DNA from: an uncultured Chloroflexia bacterium
GTDB taxonomy: Bacteria; Chloroflexota; Dehalococcoidia; DSTF01; JACRBR01
NCBI GenBank assembly: GCA_963743185.1
Contig: CAVUOT010000002.1
Location: 261,781-325,780 of the forward strand
Direction of reading: 5' to 3'
DNA length: 64,000 nt
Below, one piece after another: positions 32,409-41,513 of the stretch (position 1 is its first letter; the number at the start of each line of letters is the position of its first letter). The translations under genes and the position numbers were made by a program. The notes under the pieces are model-generated. The model had not been told where the DNA came from. It was given only the letters and a program-made list of their open reading frames with translations, and ran no database searches.

Positions 32409-33815
32409 ATGGGAACGGAACTGTGGCGCATGGGCGCGTCCGACCTGGCGCAGGCGATCCGCGAGAAGAAGGTATCGAGCCGTGAGGTCATCGAGGCGCA
32501 CCTCGCCCGTATCGATGCCGTGAACCCGGCCGTCAACGCCGTCACCGTCGTGCTGGCCGAATCCGCTCGCGCCGCGGCCGACGCCGCGGACAACGCCCTC
32601 GCCGCCGGGAAGCCCCTCGGCCCGCTGCACGGCGTGCCAGTGACGGTGAAGGAGAACATCGACGTCGTCGGCTCCGCCACGACACAGGGGCTCGTCGCGT
32701 TCAAGGACGCGCTGCCGGCATGCGACGCGCCGCACATCAAGCAGCTGCGGGCCGCCGGCGCCGTCATCCTCGCCCGGACGAACCTGCCGGACGTCGGGCT
32801 TCGTTTTCACACCGATAACGCGTTGCGCGGCGCGACGAAGAACCCCTGGGACGCCGGCCGCACCACCGGCGGCTCCAGCGGCGGCGAGGCCGCGGCGCTC
32901 GCCACCGGCATGACGCCGCTCGGCATGGGCAACGACTACGCCGGCTCGCTGCGCTGGCCCGCCCAGTGCTGCGGAATCGCGTCGCTGCGCACGACGTTCG
33001 GCCGCGTGGCGCAGGCGTCCTCAATTCCGCCCGAGGATTCGCCGATCACCGCTCAGCTCTTCTCCGTCCAGGGACCGATGGCCCGCCACGTCCGCGATCT
33101 TCGCCTGGCCCTGCCGCTCATATCCGGTGCCGACGCGCGCGATCCGTGGTGGACGCCGGCGCCGCTGGTTGGCCCGGAGATAAGCCGGCCCGTGCGTGTC
33201 GCGGTGACCGTCGACCCCGCGGGCGAAGGCGTTGACGGCGCGGTCGCCGACGGCATTCGCAAGGCCGCCGCCGCGCTGAGCGACGCCGGGTACGCCGTCG
33301 AGGAGGTCGAGCCGCCGAAGATCGCGGAGGCGCGCGACATCTTCTCGCGCCTCATCACGTCCGAGTTGAAGGTGAGCGTCTACCCGCTGCTCAAGGGCGT
33401 CGCCTCGGCCGACGCGCTGCGCTTCCTCGACCTGTCGTTCGCGGTCCTGCCCCAGCTCGACTACGCCGGCTACGTGGCGGCGTTCGCGGCGCGCCGTGCT
33501 ATCGCGCGAGCGTGGAGCGTGTTCCAGGAGCGCTACCCGATCGTGCTCGGGCCCGTCGTGACCATGCAGGCGTTCCCGGTCGGGTTCGACGTCGCGAGCG
33601 AAGAGAACTTCGCGACCCTCATTCGCAACTTCCGCATGACCGTGCTCGCGAACCTGCTCGGCCTGCCGGCGGCCGTCGTGCCCGTCGGCGTCACGGGTGG
33701 CCTGCCGCAGGGCGTGCAGATCATCGGCGCGCGCTACCGCGAAGACCTCTGCCTCGACGCCGCCGAGGCGATCGAAGCCCGCCTGGGCGTCGTAACGCCA
33801 ATCGATCCGCGGTGA
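32409..33815 (+). CDS. Amidase (amidase-signature family), second copy.
   Basis: GGSSGGEAAALATGMTPLGMGNDYAGSLRWPAQCCGIASLRTTFGRV. The ORF is intact. Confidence 0.85.
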   Translation: MGTELWRMGASDLAQAIREKKVSSREVIEAHLARIDAVNPAVNAVTVVLAESARAAADAADNALAAGKPLGPLHGVPVTVKENIDVVGSATTQGLVAFKDALPACDAPHIKQLRAAGAVILARTNLPDVGLRFHTDNALRGATKNPWDAGRTTGGSSGGEAAALATGMTPLGMGNDYAGSLRWPAQCCGIASLRTTFGRVAQASSIPPEDSPITAQLFSVQGPMARHVRDLRLALPLISGADARDPWWTPAPLVGPEISRPVRVAVTVDPAGEGVDGAVADGIRKAAAALSDAGYAVEEVEPPKIAEARDIFSRLITSELKVSVYPLLKGVASADALRFLDLSFAVLPQLDYAGYVAAFAARRAIARAWSVFQERYPIVLGPVVTMQAFPVGFDVASEENFATLIRNFRMTVLANLLGLPAAVVPVGVTGGLPQGVQIIGARYREDLCLDAAEAIEARLGVVTPIDPR

Positions 33816-33823
33816 ATGTCGAG

Positions 33824-34555
33824 TTACGAGGCCGGCTTCACGCACACGTAGCGCCCGTGCGCCCTGTCGTCGCTGTACGATGCGCCTTGGATCTCGAATC
33901 CGACGTTCGTCAGCATCGCTTCGAACAGCCAGGAGTACGTGCTGTATTTCTCGCGCACGTGCTCTTCGAAGAAGCTGCGAGAGAATCCCCCGGCCGACTC
34001 GGCCGGCACCTTGCCGATCCACGCCTCGATCGCCGTCGCTGCGTTCTCTGGCTCGAACGAGTACACGAGCTCGCGCAAGTGAAAGACGCCGCCGGGCTTA
34101 AGCACGCCATAGACGCTCCGGAGCGCCTCGACCTTCCAGAAGTCCGGCAGATGATGTAGCGCGTGGCGCGTGACGGCGAAGTCCACGGACGCGCCCGCGT
34201 GCTCATACGTCAGGAACCCTCTCCGCACGAACGTTACGTTTCTGATGCCGCGGCGCTCCGCCTTCGCCCGCATGTAGTCGAGCATCGCCGCTGAAGGGTC
34301 GACGGCGATGACGTTGCGGCACATCGCCGCCGCTTCGAGCGCCAGCACACCTGTGCCGGCGCCGAAATCGATCAGCGTATGCTCGCTCGACAGGCCGAGG
34401 CTCACGAGAAGCTCGCGCTCGGCCGCGGCGTCCGTGCCGAGCGTCAGTTCGTACGCCTCGACCTCCGCCGTATTTCGCCAGCGCTCGCCGCCGTACTCAT
34501 CGAACAGCCACGCGGGCCTTGCGCCGGCGCCCGCCGAATTGTCACCCTCGATCAC
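33824..34555 (-). CDS. Class I SAM-dependent methyltransferase.
   Basis: SAM-binding motif I (LIDFGAGTGVLALEAA) and the downstream LKPGGVFHL. Confidence 0.75.
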   Translation of the reverse strand: MIEGDNSAGAGARPAWLFDEYGGERWRNTAEVEAYELTLGTDAAAERELLVSLGLSSEHTLIDFGAGTGVLALEAAAMCRNVIAVDPSAAMLDYMRAKAERRGIRNVTFVRRGFLTYEHAGASVDFAVTRHALHHLPDFWKVEALRSVYGVLKPGGVFHLRELVYSFEPENAATAIEAWIGKVPAESAGGFSRSFFEEHVREKYSTYSWLFEAMLTNVGFEIQGASYSDDRAHGRYVCVKPAS

Positions 34556-34740
34556 GTAACACCGGTTTCCAGATTGCTGTCACGGTTGCCGTCAGAACTC
34601 CTTGGCACGCGCGCAAGCCGATGCTGAGTTTGGAGGCGACGCGCGCACGATCTCTTCGTTCGGTCCGCTTCGGCATTGCTTCCACCGCTACCGCCGGAAC
34701 CCCATGCGCCCGACCAGCCGCGCCGAACCCGCCAGGGCGC

Positions 34741-34975
34741 TCAGCGCGTCGCCGATGTGGCGAACTGCGCCGCAAGGCGGGCCATGTCTTCGTCCGGCAT
34801 CGACGGGTTCGAAGACTCCCGCTCGAAGAACAGCCACACGCGCACCGCGGTGCCGCCGGCGTTCGCCGCGGCCGTGCTCACGAGCCGCCAGCGATCTCTT
34901 CGCGAGGTCGTTGCACGCCTTCTCGATGTCAGCCACGCCGCCCGTCTCAAGCGCAAGGACTTTGTACTCGATCAT
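34741..34975 (-). CDS. Small DUF4177-like protein, with an apparent frameshift near 34897.
   Basis: MIEYKVLALETGGVADIEKACNDLAK is in one frame. GWRLVSTAAANAGGTAVRVWLFFERE follows in the adjacent frame. Confidence 0.4.
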
Positions 34976-35052
34976 GTCAGCTTCCTTCGCTCACGCCGCC
35001 GCTTCCGCCTTCGCACAGGCCGTGATATCCGCTTGTCCGGCATGACCCGGGA

Positions 35053-35538
35053 TCACGCGATGATCTCGACCTCGCCTTCGATCTCGACCGGAATGTTGAA
35101 GGGAAGCTCGGCGAGTCCGACGGCGCTGCGCGCGTGAGCGCCCGTTTCCGGTCCGTAGAGTTCGAGAATGAGATCGGAGAACCCGTTTATGACGCTCGGT
35201 TGTTGCTGAAAGCCCGGAGCTGAGTTGACCATGCCGAAGATGCGGCCCCATGAAGCGACCCGGTCGAGGTCCCCCAGCGCGCGCTGCAGGCTGCCAAGGA
35301 TTGACAGCGCTGTCAGACGCGCGGCGACATAGCCTTGTTCCACCGAGAGTTCTCGCCCGAGCTTGCCCAGCGGCTGAGCCAGCGATCCATCTGCGTTCTG
35401 CGGCCCATGACCCGAGATGAAGGCCCGATGGCCGGCAAGCCGCACGAATTGGAACGGCAGAACAACACCCGGAGGCGGTTGGAGTTGCGGTGGCAGAACC
35501 AGGCCTAGCGCGGCGAGTCGCGATTCGATGTTGGTCAT
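35053..35538 (-). CDS. RidA / YjgF / TdcF-family enamine/imine deaminase.
   Basis: MTNIESRLAALGLVLP...RIFGMVNSAPGF...SAVGLAELPFNIPVEIEGEVEI. The protein is 161 aa. Confidence 0.8.
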   Translation of the reverse strand: MTNIESRLAALGLVLPPQLQPPPGVVLPFQFVRLAGHRAFISGHGPQNADGSLAQPLGKLGRELSVEQGYVAARLTALSILGSLQRALGDLDRVASWGRIFGMVNSAPGFQQQPSVINGFSDLILELYGPETGAHARSAVGLAELPFNIPVEIEGEVEIIA

Positions 35539-35570
35539 GGATTCAAGCCCGGATGTCGTCTGTCCGGCTC

Positions 35571-36602
35571 CTAGGGCTCCAGCGCGATCTTGAGGACGCC
35601 GCCCTTGCGCTCGCGGAACATGTCGTAGGCGGCGGGAGCCTCCGACAGCTTCAGGCGGTGCGTGAACAGCGGCTTCAGGTTCATCTTGCCACCCGCCACC
35701 AGTGCGAAGAGCTTCTCCAGCCGCGGCCGGCCGGAGGGACAGAGCGTGGTGACCAACTGGCGGTGGATGAAGCTGCCGCCGGTGGGGAAGGTGAGCGTGG
35801 GGAAGGCGCCGTAGACGCCGATGCTGCTGACGGTGCCGCCCATGCGCGTGACCATGCAGCAGTTCTCGAAGGTGGTCTGGTGGCCCAGCGCCTCGACGGC
35901 GACGTCCACGCCGCGGTTGTTGGTCATGCCCATGATGCGGAGCACGGCCTCGGCCGGCTCCAGCACGACGTCGGCGCCGAACTGCTTCGCCATCGCCACC
36001 CGCTCCGGTACCGACTCCACGGCGATGATCTTGCCGGCCCCCAGCATGCGGGCGGAAGCGGTGGCGCACAGGCCGACCGGGCCCTGGGCGAAGATCGCCA
36101 CCGTGTCGCCCGCCTTCATGCCGGCCCGCTCCAGCGCGCCCAGCCCCGTCGAGAGGATGTCCGTCGCCAGGACGGCGTGCTCGTTGTCGACTCCGTCCGG
36201 CACCACGGCCATCGAGACGTCGGCGCCCCGCACCTTGAAGTACTGGCCCTGGCAGCCAAAGAGCAGGTTGAGCGGCGAGCCGAAGGTCTGGCAGAGCTGG
36301 ATGTCTCCCTCCATGCAGCGGTCGCAGGAGCCGCAGCCCAGCAGGCAGGACGCGGCGACACGGTCGCCCTGCTTGAAGCGGGTGACCCCCGGTCCGACCT
36401 CCTCGACGATGCCCACCGCCTCGTGGCCCATCGGCGTGCCGGCCGGCAGGAACTCCATCTCGTCCACAAAGTGCATGTCGCTGCCGCAGACGGTGGCCAT
36501 CAGCGTGCGGACGATGACCTCGCCCGGCCCCGCTTCGCCCAGGGGCACTTCCTTCATCTCGACCTTGCCGGTGCCCGCCTTGACGCAGGTGATGCTGTTC
36601 AT
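35571..36602 (-). CDS. Zn-dependent medium-chain alcohol dehydrogenase.
   Basis: CGSDMH zinc ligand, GHEAVGIVEEVGPGV, structural-zinc CLLGCGSCDRCMEG, and NAD motif IFAQGPVGL. An AGGAG ribosome-binding site precedes the ATG at 36602. Confidence 0.85.
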   Translation of the reverse strand: MNSITCVKAGTGKVEMKEVPLGEAGPGEVIVRTLMATVCGSDMHFVDEMEFLPAGTPMGHEAVGIVEEVGPGVTRFKQGDRVAASCLLGCGSCDRCMEGDIQLCQTFGSPLNLLFGCQGQYFKVRGADVSMAVVPDGVDNEHAVLATDILSTGLGALERAGMKAGDTVAIFAQGPVGLCATASARMLGAGKIIAVESVPERVAMAKQFGADVVLEPAEAVLRIMGMTNNRGVDVAVEALGHQTTFENCCMVTRMGGTVSSIGVYGAFPTLTFPTGGSFIHRQLVTTLCPSGRPRLEKLFALVAGGKMNLKPLFTHRLKLSEAPAAYDMFRERKGGVLKIALEP

Positions 36603-36789
36603 GTCTCCGCTGTCACTCCTTGAACTCGGGATATGATGCTCCCTGCATACCACGCCCGACGCGCTGGGTGAACGGCCGGATGGCCGGTCCGCCGGAGTTG
36701 ACGGCGCGCGTCCACCTCGCCGCCGTTTTACCGGGGTTGCAGGAAGATGCCGCGGCGCTCGCGGGCGCGGCTGTCTTCGGCGGCTGAAC

Positions 36790-37590
36790 CTAGCAGTAGA
36801 CCGCTGGGCTGTTGATGTCGGACTGTCGCACAGGGCATGCAAGCCCGACGCGATCCATCACCGAAGTCACGATGCTGACGAACCACTCGCCGGCAGCCGG
36901 TGACACTACGACCTCCGCGATCAGCGTGTCGAAATCGACCGGCACTCCAACCCCGGATTGTGCCGCGGGTCGTGACAGATCGATCTCTCGATCGTGCCCT
37001 CGTTCACCAAACATCAGCACGGCGCGCAGTTCCCGTTCGTACTCGAAGCTCTTTCGCTTGTGCACAAATGGAGTCAGCAGATTCTGCTCCGACATCACGG
37101 CGATGGTGTAATCGATGTACTTCACCACCCCGACATGGATCTCTTCGGTGGCCTGCGCGAAGCTTTTCGTTAACCGCTCGAAGGTTGACTTGACCGCGAT
37201 GCCCTCGCTCTCGTTGGTATAGAGCTTCCACATCGCGGCGGACTCGTGCTCATCGACTCGCCAGCAACTGACGGCAATCCGACGCCTGATGCCGGCGTGT
37301 ATCGCCGGAAGTTGCTCTCTGTAGGCCCGCGCTGCGACGTCCGTCATCTCGCCACGGGCAAGGAGTGCGTTGATCTCGGCCTCTCTCAAAGCTGGGTTGG
37401 ACGCGGGCAATGACCCCTCCAGCGGATCGGCTAACAGATCCGCTCTCGGAAAGAAGAGGCGCCTCTCGATGAGCAGCGCAAGGAACTTCGACAAAGTGAG
37501 GTAACGCCAGATAGTCGCTTCGGGCGCTGGGGACTCGAACTCCGGGTGTTCCTGGTGGGCATGCGTTTGCAATCCGTTTGCACTCGCCAC
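36790..37590 (-). CDS. Hypothetical protein, DUF2971-like, lying in a lower-GC patch (about 58%).
   Basis: N-terminal motif IWRYLTLSKFLALLIERRLFFPRADLLADPLEGS, which resembles DUF2971 proteins, then MWKLYTNESEGIAVKSTFERL. The GC content is visibly lower than in the flanking DNA. Confidence 0.55.
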   Translation of the reverse strand: MASANGLQTHAHQEHPEFESPAPEATIWRYLTLSKFLALLIERRLFFPRADLLADPLEGSLPASNPALREAEINALLARGEMTDVAARAYREQLPAIHAGIRRRIAVSCWRVDEHESAAMWKLYTNESEGIAVKSTFERLTKSFAQATEEIHVGVVKYIDYTIAVMSEQNLLTPFVHKRKSFEYERELRAVLMFGERGHDREIDLSRPAAQSGVGVPVDFDTLIAEVVVSPAAGEWFVSIVTSVMDRVGLACPVRQSDINSPAVYC

Positions 37591-37641
37591 GGCGAAACGC
37601 GCGGCAGCGAGATATCTGCTCCACCTTCCAGATTCGAAAAG

Positions 37642-37717
37642 TGGTACGCCCGGAGGGATTCGAACCCCCGACCCTCGGTTCCGAAGACCGATGCTCTATC
37701 CGCTGAGCTACGGGCGC
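37642..37717 (-). tRNA. tRNA-Arg(TCG).
   Basis: Cloverleaf with acceptor stem GCGCCCG/CGGGCGT, anticodon stem TCGGT/ACCGA with loop CTTCGGA (anticodon TCG), T-loop GGTTCGAATCC and an encoded CCA. Confidence 0.85.
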
Positions 37718-37758
37718 GCGCGGATCCGCCGCAGTCTATCACGCAGGAATGCCGCCGC

Positions 37759-38851
37759 TTACGGCGTGGACGCCGCCTTCGTCACCTGCACGGACACGTC
37801 GATCCGCGTGTAGCTCGCGTCCTCGGCGAACTTGCCGACGACGATCTCGCCCTGGACGGTCTTGCCGGTGTCTACGAAGTCGATCGCCTGCGCGCCCTCC
37901 AGCGACGACGTGCTCGCGTCACCGTCTGTCACCGTGAGCTTCGCGTCTGTCAGCTTGCCGCGATAGAAGTCCAGCACGCCGGACGCGCCGTCCTTCGTGA
38001 TGTACGACACCGCGAACGACAGCGCGCCGGTCTGCTTCTTGTATGCCGATTCGATGATCGTCGATCCCGCGTACGCCGGCACGCTGGACGGGAAGCCGTC
38101 CGGCACGGAGCGGTCGCCGATCGGCGTCCACGCCGGCGTCTTGCTGTCCTTCGCGCCCGTCGTTACCTGCACGCTTTCGAGGATCGTCGTCGTCGCGTCG
38201 CCTTTCGACTCCGCCACCAGCACCAGCCCCGTCACGTTAGGATCGTTGATCTTGCTGAACTGGTGGAGCGTCGAATCGCGAGCGTCCTGCCCGCCGTCGA
38301 TCTGCCAAGGGTCGGCGCCGAACTTTGTCTGGAAGTCGGCCGCGACCTTGTCGCGCGCGTCGGCTGGTGTCCCAGATCACCAGGTAGCCGACGTCTTCTC
38401 CGTGTACCTGCGCGATCGATGCCACCACCTTCGCGCCGGCGTACGTGGGCATGTCGCCCGGGAATCCCGCCGGCAACTCGCCCTCGTATCGCGTCGTGAT
38501 CGTCCCCGGCTGGCCCTGGCTGAACGCGTTCAGCACGTTCGTCACGTCGGCGCCCAGCCGCGACGTGCCGCCGCCCCCGCTGGACGGCGCGAAGAACCAC
38601 ACCGCCGCGCCGGCCACGACCGCCGCCGCAAGCGCCGCGCCCACCAGCACGAGCGGATGTATGCCGCCCCCGCGCTGCGCCGCCGCGTCGCCGTCATCGT
38701 CCGCGGCCTCATCGTCGACGACGGTGTACGAATAGCCGCCTGGCGTCGTCGTATCGGCGGCCGCCGGATCTGTGGCGCGGGACTCGGAAGCGGCGCCCTC
38801 TGCGTTCGGCTGCTCCACGGGGGGCTCGGTTGAAGGTGTTTCGTCGGGCAC
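37759..38851 (-). CDS. Membrane-anchored hypothetical protein with two tandem homologous extracytoplasmic domains. A single nucleotide appears to be missing near 38365.
   Basis: Acidic/Pro-rich N-terminus, transmembrane helix IHPLVLVGAALAAAVVAGAAVWFFA, repeat 1 (GFPGDMPTYAGAKVVASIAQVHGEDVGYLVIW) and repeat 2 (GFPSSVPAYAGSTIIESAYKKQTGALSFAVSY). The two track ORFs (38237..38938 and 37759..38235) join through frame 2, reading ...PADARDKVAADFQTKFGADPWQIDGG.... The annotated TTG at 38938 overlaps tRNA-His, so a GTG at 38851 or 38818 is preferred. Confidence 0.5.
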
Positions 38852-38893
38852 GGGGCGGCCCCTTTCGGTGGCATAGGAGAATGATGGAGGAAA

Positions 38894-38970
38894 TGGGGTG
38901 GACGGAGGGATTTGAACCCTCGGTCTCCAGGGCCACAACCTGGCGCGTTAACCGCTACGCTACGCCCACC
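38894..38970 (-). tRNA. tRNA-His(GTG).
   Basis: Carries the extra 5' G(-1) paired to C73 that is characteristic of His. Anticodon stem CCAGG/CCTGG with loop TTGTGGC (anticodon GTG), T-loop GGTTCAAATCC and an encoded CCA. Confidence 0.9.
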
Positions 38971-39122
38971 ATGTGCATCCGCAAGCGGCGACAAAAATGC
39001 CCTGCGCACTACACGCGCAGAGCACCATTCCGGCCCGCTCTGACCATCCGAAAGTCTATCACCCGCCCTTTGAAGCGGTCAAGAAATGTCGCCGCCCGGT
39101 ACTGTCCGCCATTCACTGTCGA

Positions 39123-40073
39123 CTAACCACTACCCACGACGCGCGTGGTCGTCTTGAAATGCGTCTTCGCGACGGCAGCCAGCGCGTCCGCTCCGCGCTC
39201 CCCCACCAGCGCGCGGGCGACCGCCTCGACCTGCGCCGACGCTCCCTTCGGGAGCCGCACCCCCGTCTGGCGGCCAAGCTGCTCGAGGCGGCGCAGGAAC
39301 TCGGCGCGCGCCAGGATCGACGCCGCGGCGACTGCCGGATCGCGCTCCGCACGTGGCATCTGCACGAGCCGCACCTCGCGGCCGCGTTTGAAGAGCGCAT
39401 CGCGGATGAGGGACTCGTCGCCGAACTGGTCGGCGACGGCTGCCGTCGCCTCCGGCGCCTTCTCGATGACGTTCTCGATCGCTCGGGCGTGCGCCCAGGC
39501 GAGGAGGCGATTGACGTTGCGAAACTTCGCCCATAGCTCGTTGTAGCGCGGGGGCATGATGGTGATGACCTCGTTCGGAAAGGCCTCCCGGATCTGCCCC
39601 GCCAAGACGACAGCACGCGCGTCCGTGAGGTTCTTGCTGTCCTGCACCCCCAGCTCGGCGAGGACGCGCCAGCCCGCCTGCGTGAGCGCCACGGCGGCGA
39701 CAACGAGCGGGCCGAAGTAATCGCCCTTGCCGCTCTCGTCGCTGCCGATCCAGCATGCCACGTCCGTCAGCACGGGCTCGATCGTGGCGCCGGCGGACTT
39801 GCCCTTTTTCACTACCGATGGCGCGCCCCCCACCAGCGCCGCGATGCCGTCGGCGTGCTCCGTCGCGGGATCGTCGAAGACGATCTTGCAGCCGCCGCCC
39901 TTCGACGGATAGACGTTGAGACCGACGGTGCCGCCCTGCAGCAAGAGCTTCAATCGAGCGCCGTTTTGCAGTGGCAAGCGCTCGAGAGTGCCGGCGTGCG
40001 CCGACGCATACTCGTCGAGCTGGGCGAGGGCACGGCTGGCGTCGGCGGAGACTGTGATGCTTTTCGGAGCCAC
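39123..40073 (-). CDS. rnhC: Ribonuclease HIII.
   Basis: N-terminal DUF3378/TBP-like segment, then the RNase HII/HIII catalytic block IGSDESGKGDYFGPLVVAAV. Confidence 0.75.
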   Translation of the reverse strand: MAPKSITVSADASRALAQLDEYASAHAGTLERLPLQNGARLKLLLQGGTVGLNVYPSKGGGCKIVFDDPATEHADGIAALVGGAPSVVKKGKSAGATIEPVLTDVACWIGSDESGKGDYFGPLVVAAVALTQAGWRVLAELGVQDSKNLTDARAVVLAGQIREAFPNEVITIMPPRYNELWAKFRNVNRLLAWAHARAIENVIEKAPEATAAVADQFGDESLIRDALFKRGREVRLVQMPRAERDPAVAAASILARAEFLRRLEQLGRQTGVRLPKGASAQVEAVARALVGERGADALAAVAKTHFKTTTRVVGSG

Positions 40074-40100
40074 GTCCGGAGTGTACTGCTCGCGCGGGCG

Positions 40101-41510
40101 TCAGGCGCGAAGCGTCACGGTGAGAGCCTGGTCGTCGGTGACGGTGATGCGGGCGACGGCGTCGCGCAGGGCGGACTGGCGTTCCGCGAATGGCATCTCG
40201 TCCCACGCGTCCAGGAGGTGCGCTACGTCGGTCTCGCGGCCGCGCTTGCGGTCGGACGCACTGACGTGGTCCGCAATGCGGCGCTCGAGGGCCTCCGCGG
40301 TGTCCTCCACCGCGAGGCGGTCGGCGGCGGCCGCGACGCTGAGGCTGTGCATCTTCTCCCTGGCGAGCCGTCCCTTCGACGCCGCGTCGATATAGCCCTC
40401 GATGCGACGGTCGATGGCGCGGAGGCGCCCGCGATGCCGTTCCAGCTCCTGCAGCTGCTCTGCGAGCACGGCCGCGTCGTCGCCGGCCTGCGGGAAGCCC
40501 GATCCGGTTGAGAAGGAGGCGCCCAGGGCCTCACGCGCCTGCGCTTCGAGGTCGTCGGCGCGCCGCGTGTGGTAGCTGCAGACGCTCTGGTTGGTGCGTG
40601 ATTCGCACTGGTAATAACGGTAGGAGTTCGACACCTTCTCGCCGCTCTGGCGCTTCCACGACTGCTTGCGGCTGACGCCGATGAGCTTGTTCCCGCAATG
40701 GCCGCAATACGTGATCCCGGAGAGGAGAAACTGCGACGCTACGCGCGGTGCGTAGCTCGTGCGCCGCGCGTTGAGTCGGTCCTGCACGACGTGGAAGTCC
40801 TCGGTCGATACCAGTGGCGGGTGGCTGCCGGGCACACGGACGCCGAAACGCGAGTACGTGCCGAGGTACGCGCGGTTGCGGAGGATGTCACGGATACTCA
40901 CCATGCTCCAGTTGCCGCCGCGCCTCGTTTTCAGGTCTTCGCTGTTGAGGCGTCGCGCGATGAGCCGGATGCCCATCCCTTCGCTCAGGTACAGCCGGAA
41001 GATGTAGCGGACGACGACGGCTTCCTCCGGGATCAGCTCGAGCCGGCGGCGATTGCCGACCTTGTATCCGTACGGCGGCCGTCCCAGCACCTCGCCCTTT
41101 ACCGCCTTACGCCGCATCGCGGCGCGCACGCGGTCGCTGAGACGGCTTGGCGCGTCCTGCGCGCCCCACGCCGAAACGAGGTCGGCTGCCGGGTCGGACG
41201 TGCCGGCCATCGGCGCGATTTGCGCGCCGAGGACTTCGATCTGAAAGTAGCGCCGCGCCGCGTCGCGCAGGTCACCGCCCAGCGCTTCGATACTGGGGAC
41301 GACAACGACGACGAAGCCTCGGTCGCGCGTGCGGAGAAACTCAACGAGCTGGCGGAAGCCGGGAGCGTGGCCGTTGCTGCTCGCGGCGTCGACGAACGAA
41401 CCCGCGACCTCGTAGCCCTCCCGCTCGCAGAACTCCAGGAACGCCTTGTTCTGCTGCGCCAGAGATTCGCCGCGCTGGCCGGACTCGCGGAAGTAGCCGA
41501 TTGCCCTCAT
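40101..41510 (-). CDS. Large serine recombinase (resolvase domain, recombinase domain and zinc-ribbon domain).
   Basis: MRAIGYFRESGQRGESLAQQ carries the catalytic Ser. GRPPYGYK is the recombinase domain. CGHCGNKL...YYQCESR is the zinc ribbon, followed by a coiled-coil C-terminus. Confidence 0.85.
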   Translation of the reverse strand: MRAIGYFRESGQRGESLAQQNKAFLEFCEREGYEVAGSFVDAASSNGHAPGFRQLVEFLRTRDRGFVVVVVPSIEALGGDLRDAARRYFQIEVLGAQIAPMAGTSDPAADLVSAWGAQDAPSRLSDRVRAAMRRKAVKGEVLGRPPYGYKVGNRRRLELIPEEAVVVRYIFRLYLSEGMGIRLIARRLNSEDLKTRRGGNWSMVSIRDILRNRAYLGTYSRFGVRVPGSHPPLVSTEDFHVVQDRLNARRTSYAPRVASQFLLSGITYCGHCGNKLIGVSRKQSWKRQSGEKVSNSYRYYQCESRTNQSVCSYHTRRADDLEAQAREALGASFSTGSGFPQAGDDAAVLAEQLQELERHRGRLRAIDRRIEGYIDAASKGRLAREKMHSLSVAAAADRLAVEDTAEALERRIADHVSASDRKRGRETDVAHLLDAWDEMPFAERQSALRDAVARITVTDDQALTVTLRA

Positions 41511-41513
41511 ACG

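Noticed and set aside
35490-36623. A 377-aa plus-strand ORF.
   Set aside because: It is antisense to the alcohol dehydrogenase gene, which has clear zinc and NAD motifs.
38852-38938. The annotated TTG start at 38938 for the membrane protein.
   Set aside because: It would place the first 15 codons inside tRNA-His (38894-38970). An internal GTG at 38851 or 38818 avoids the overlap.
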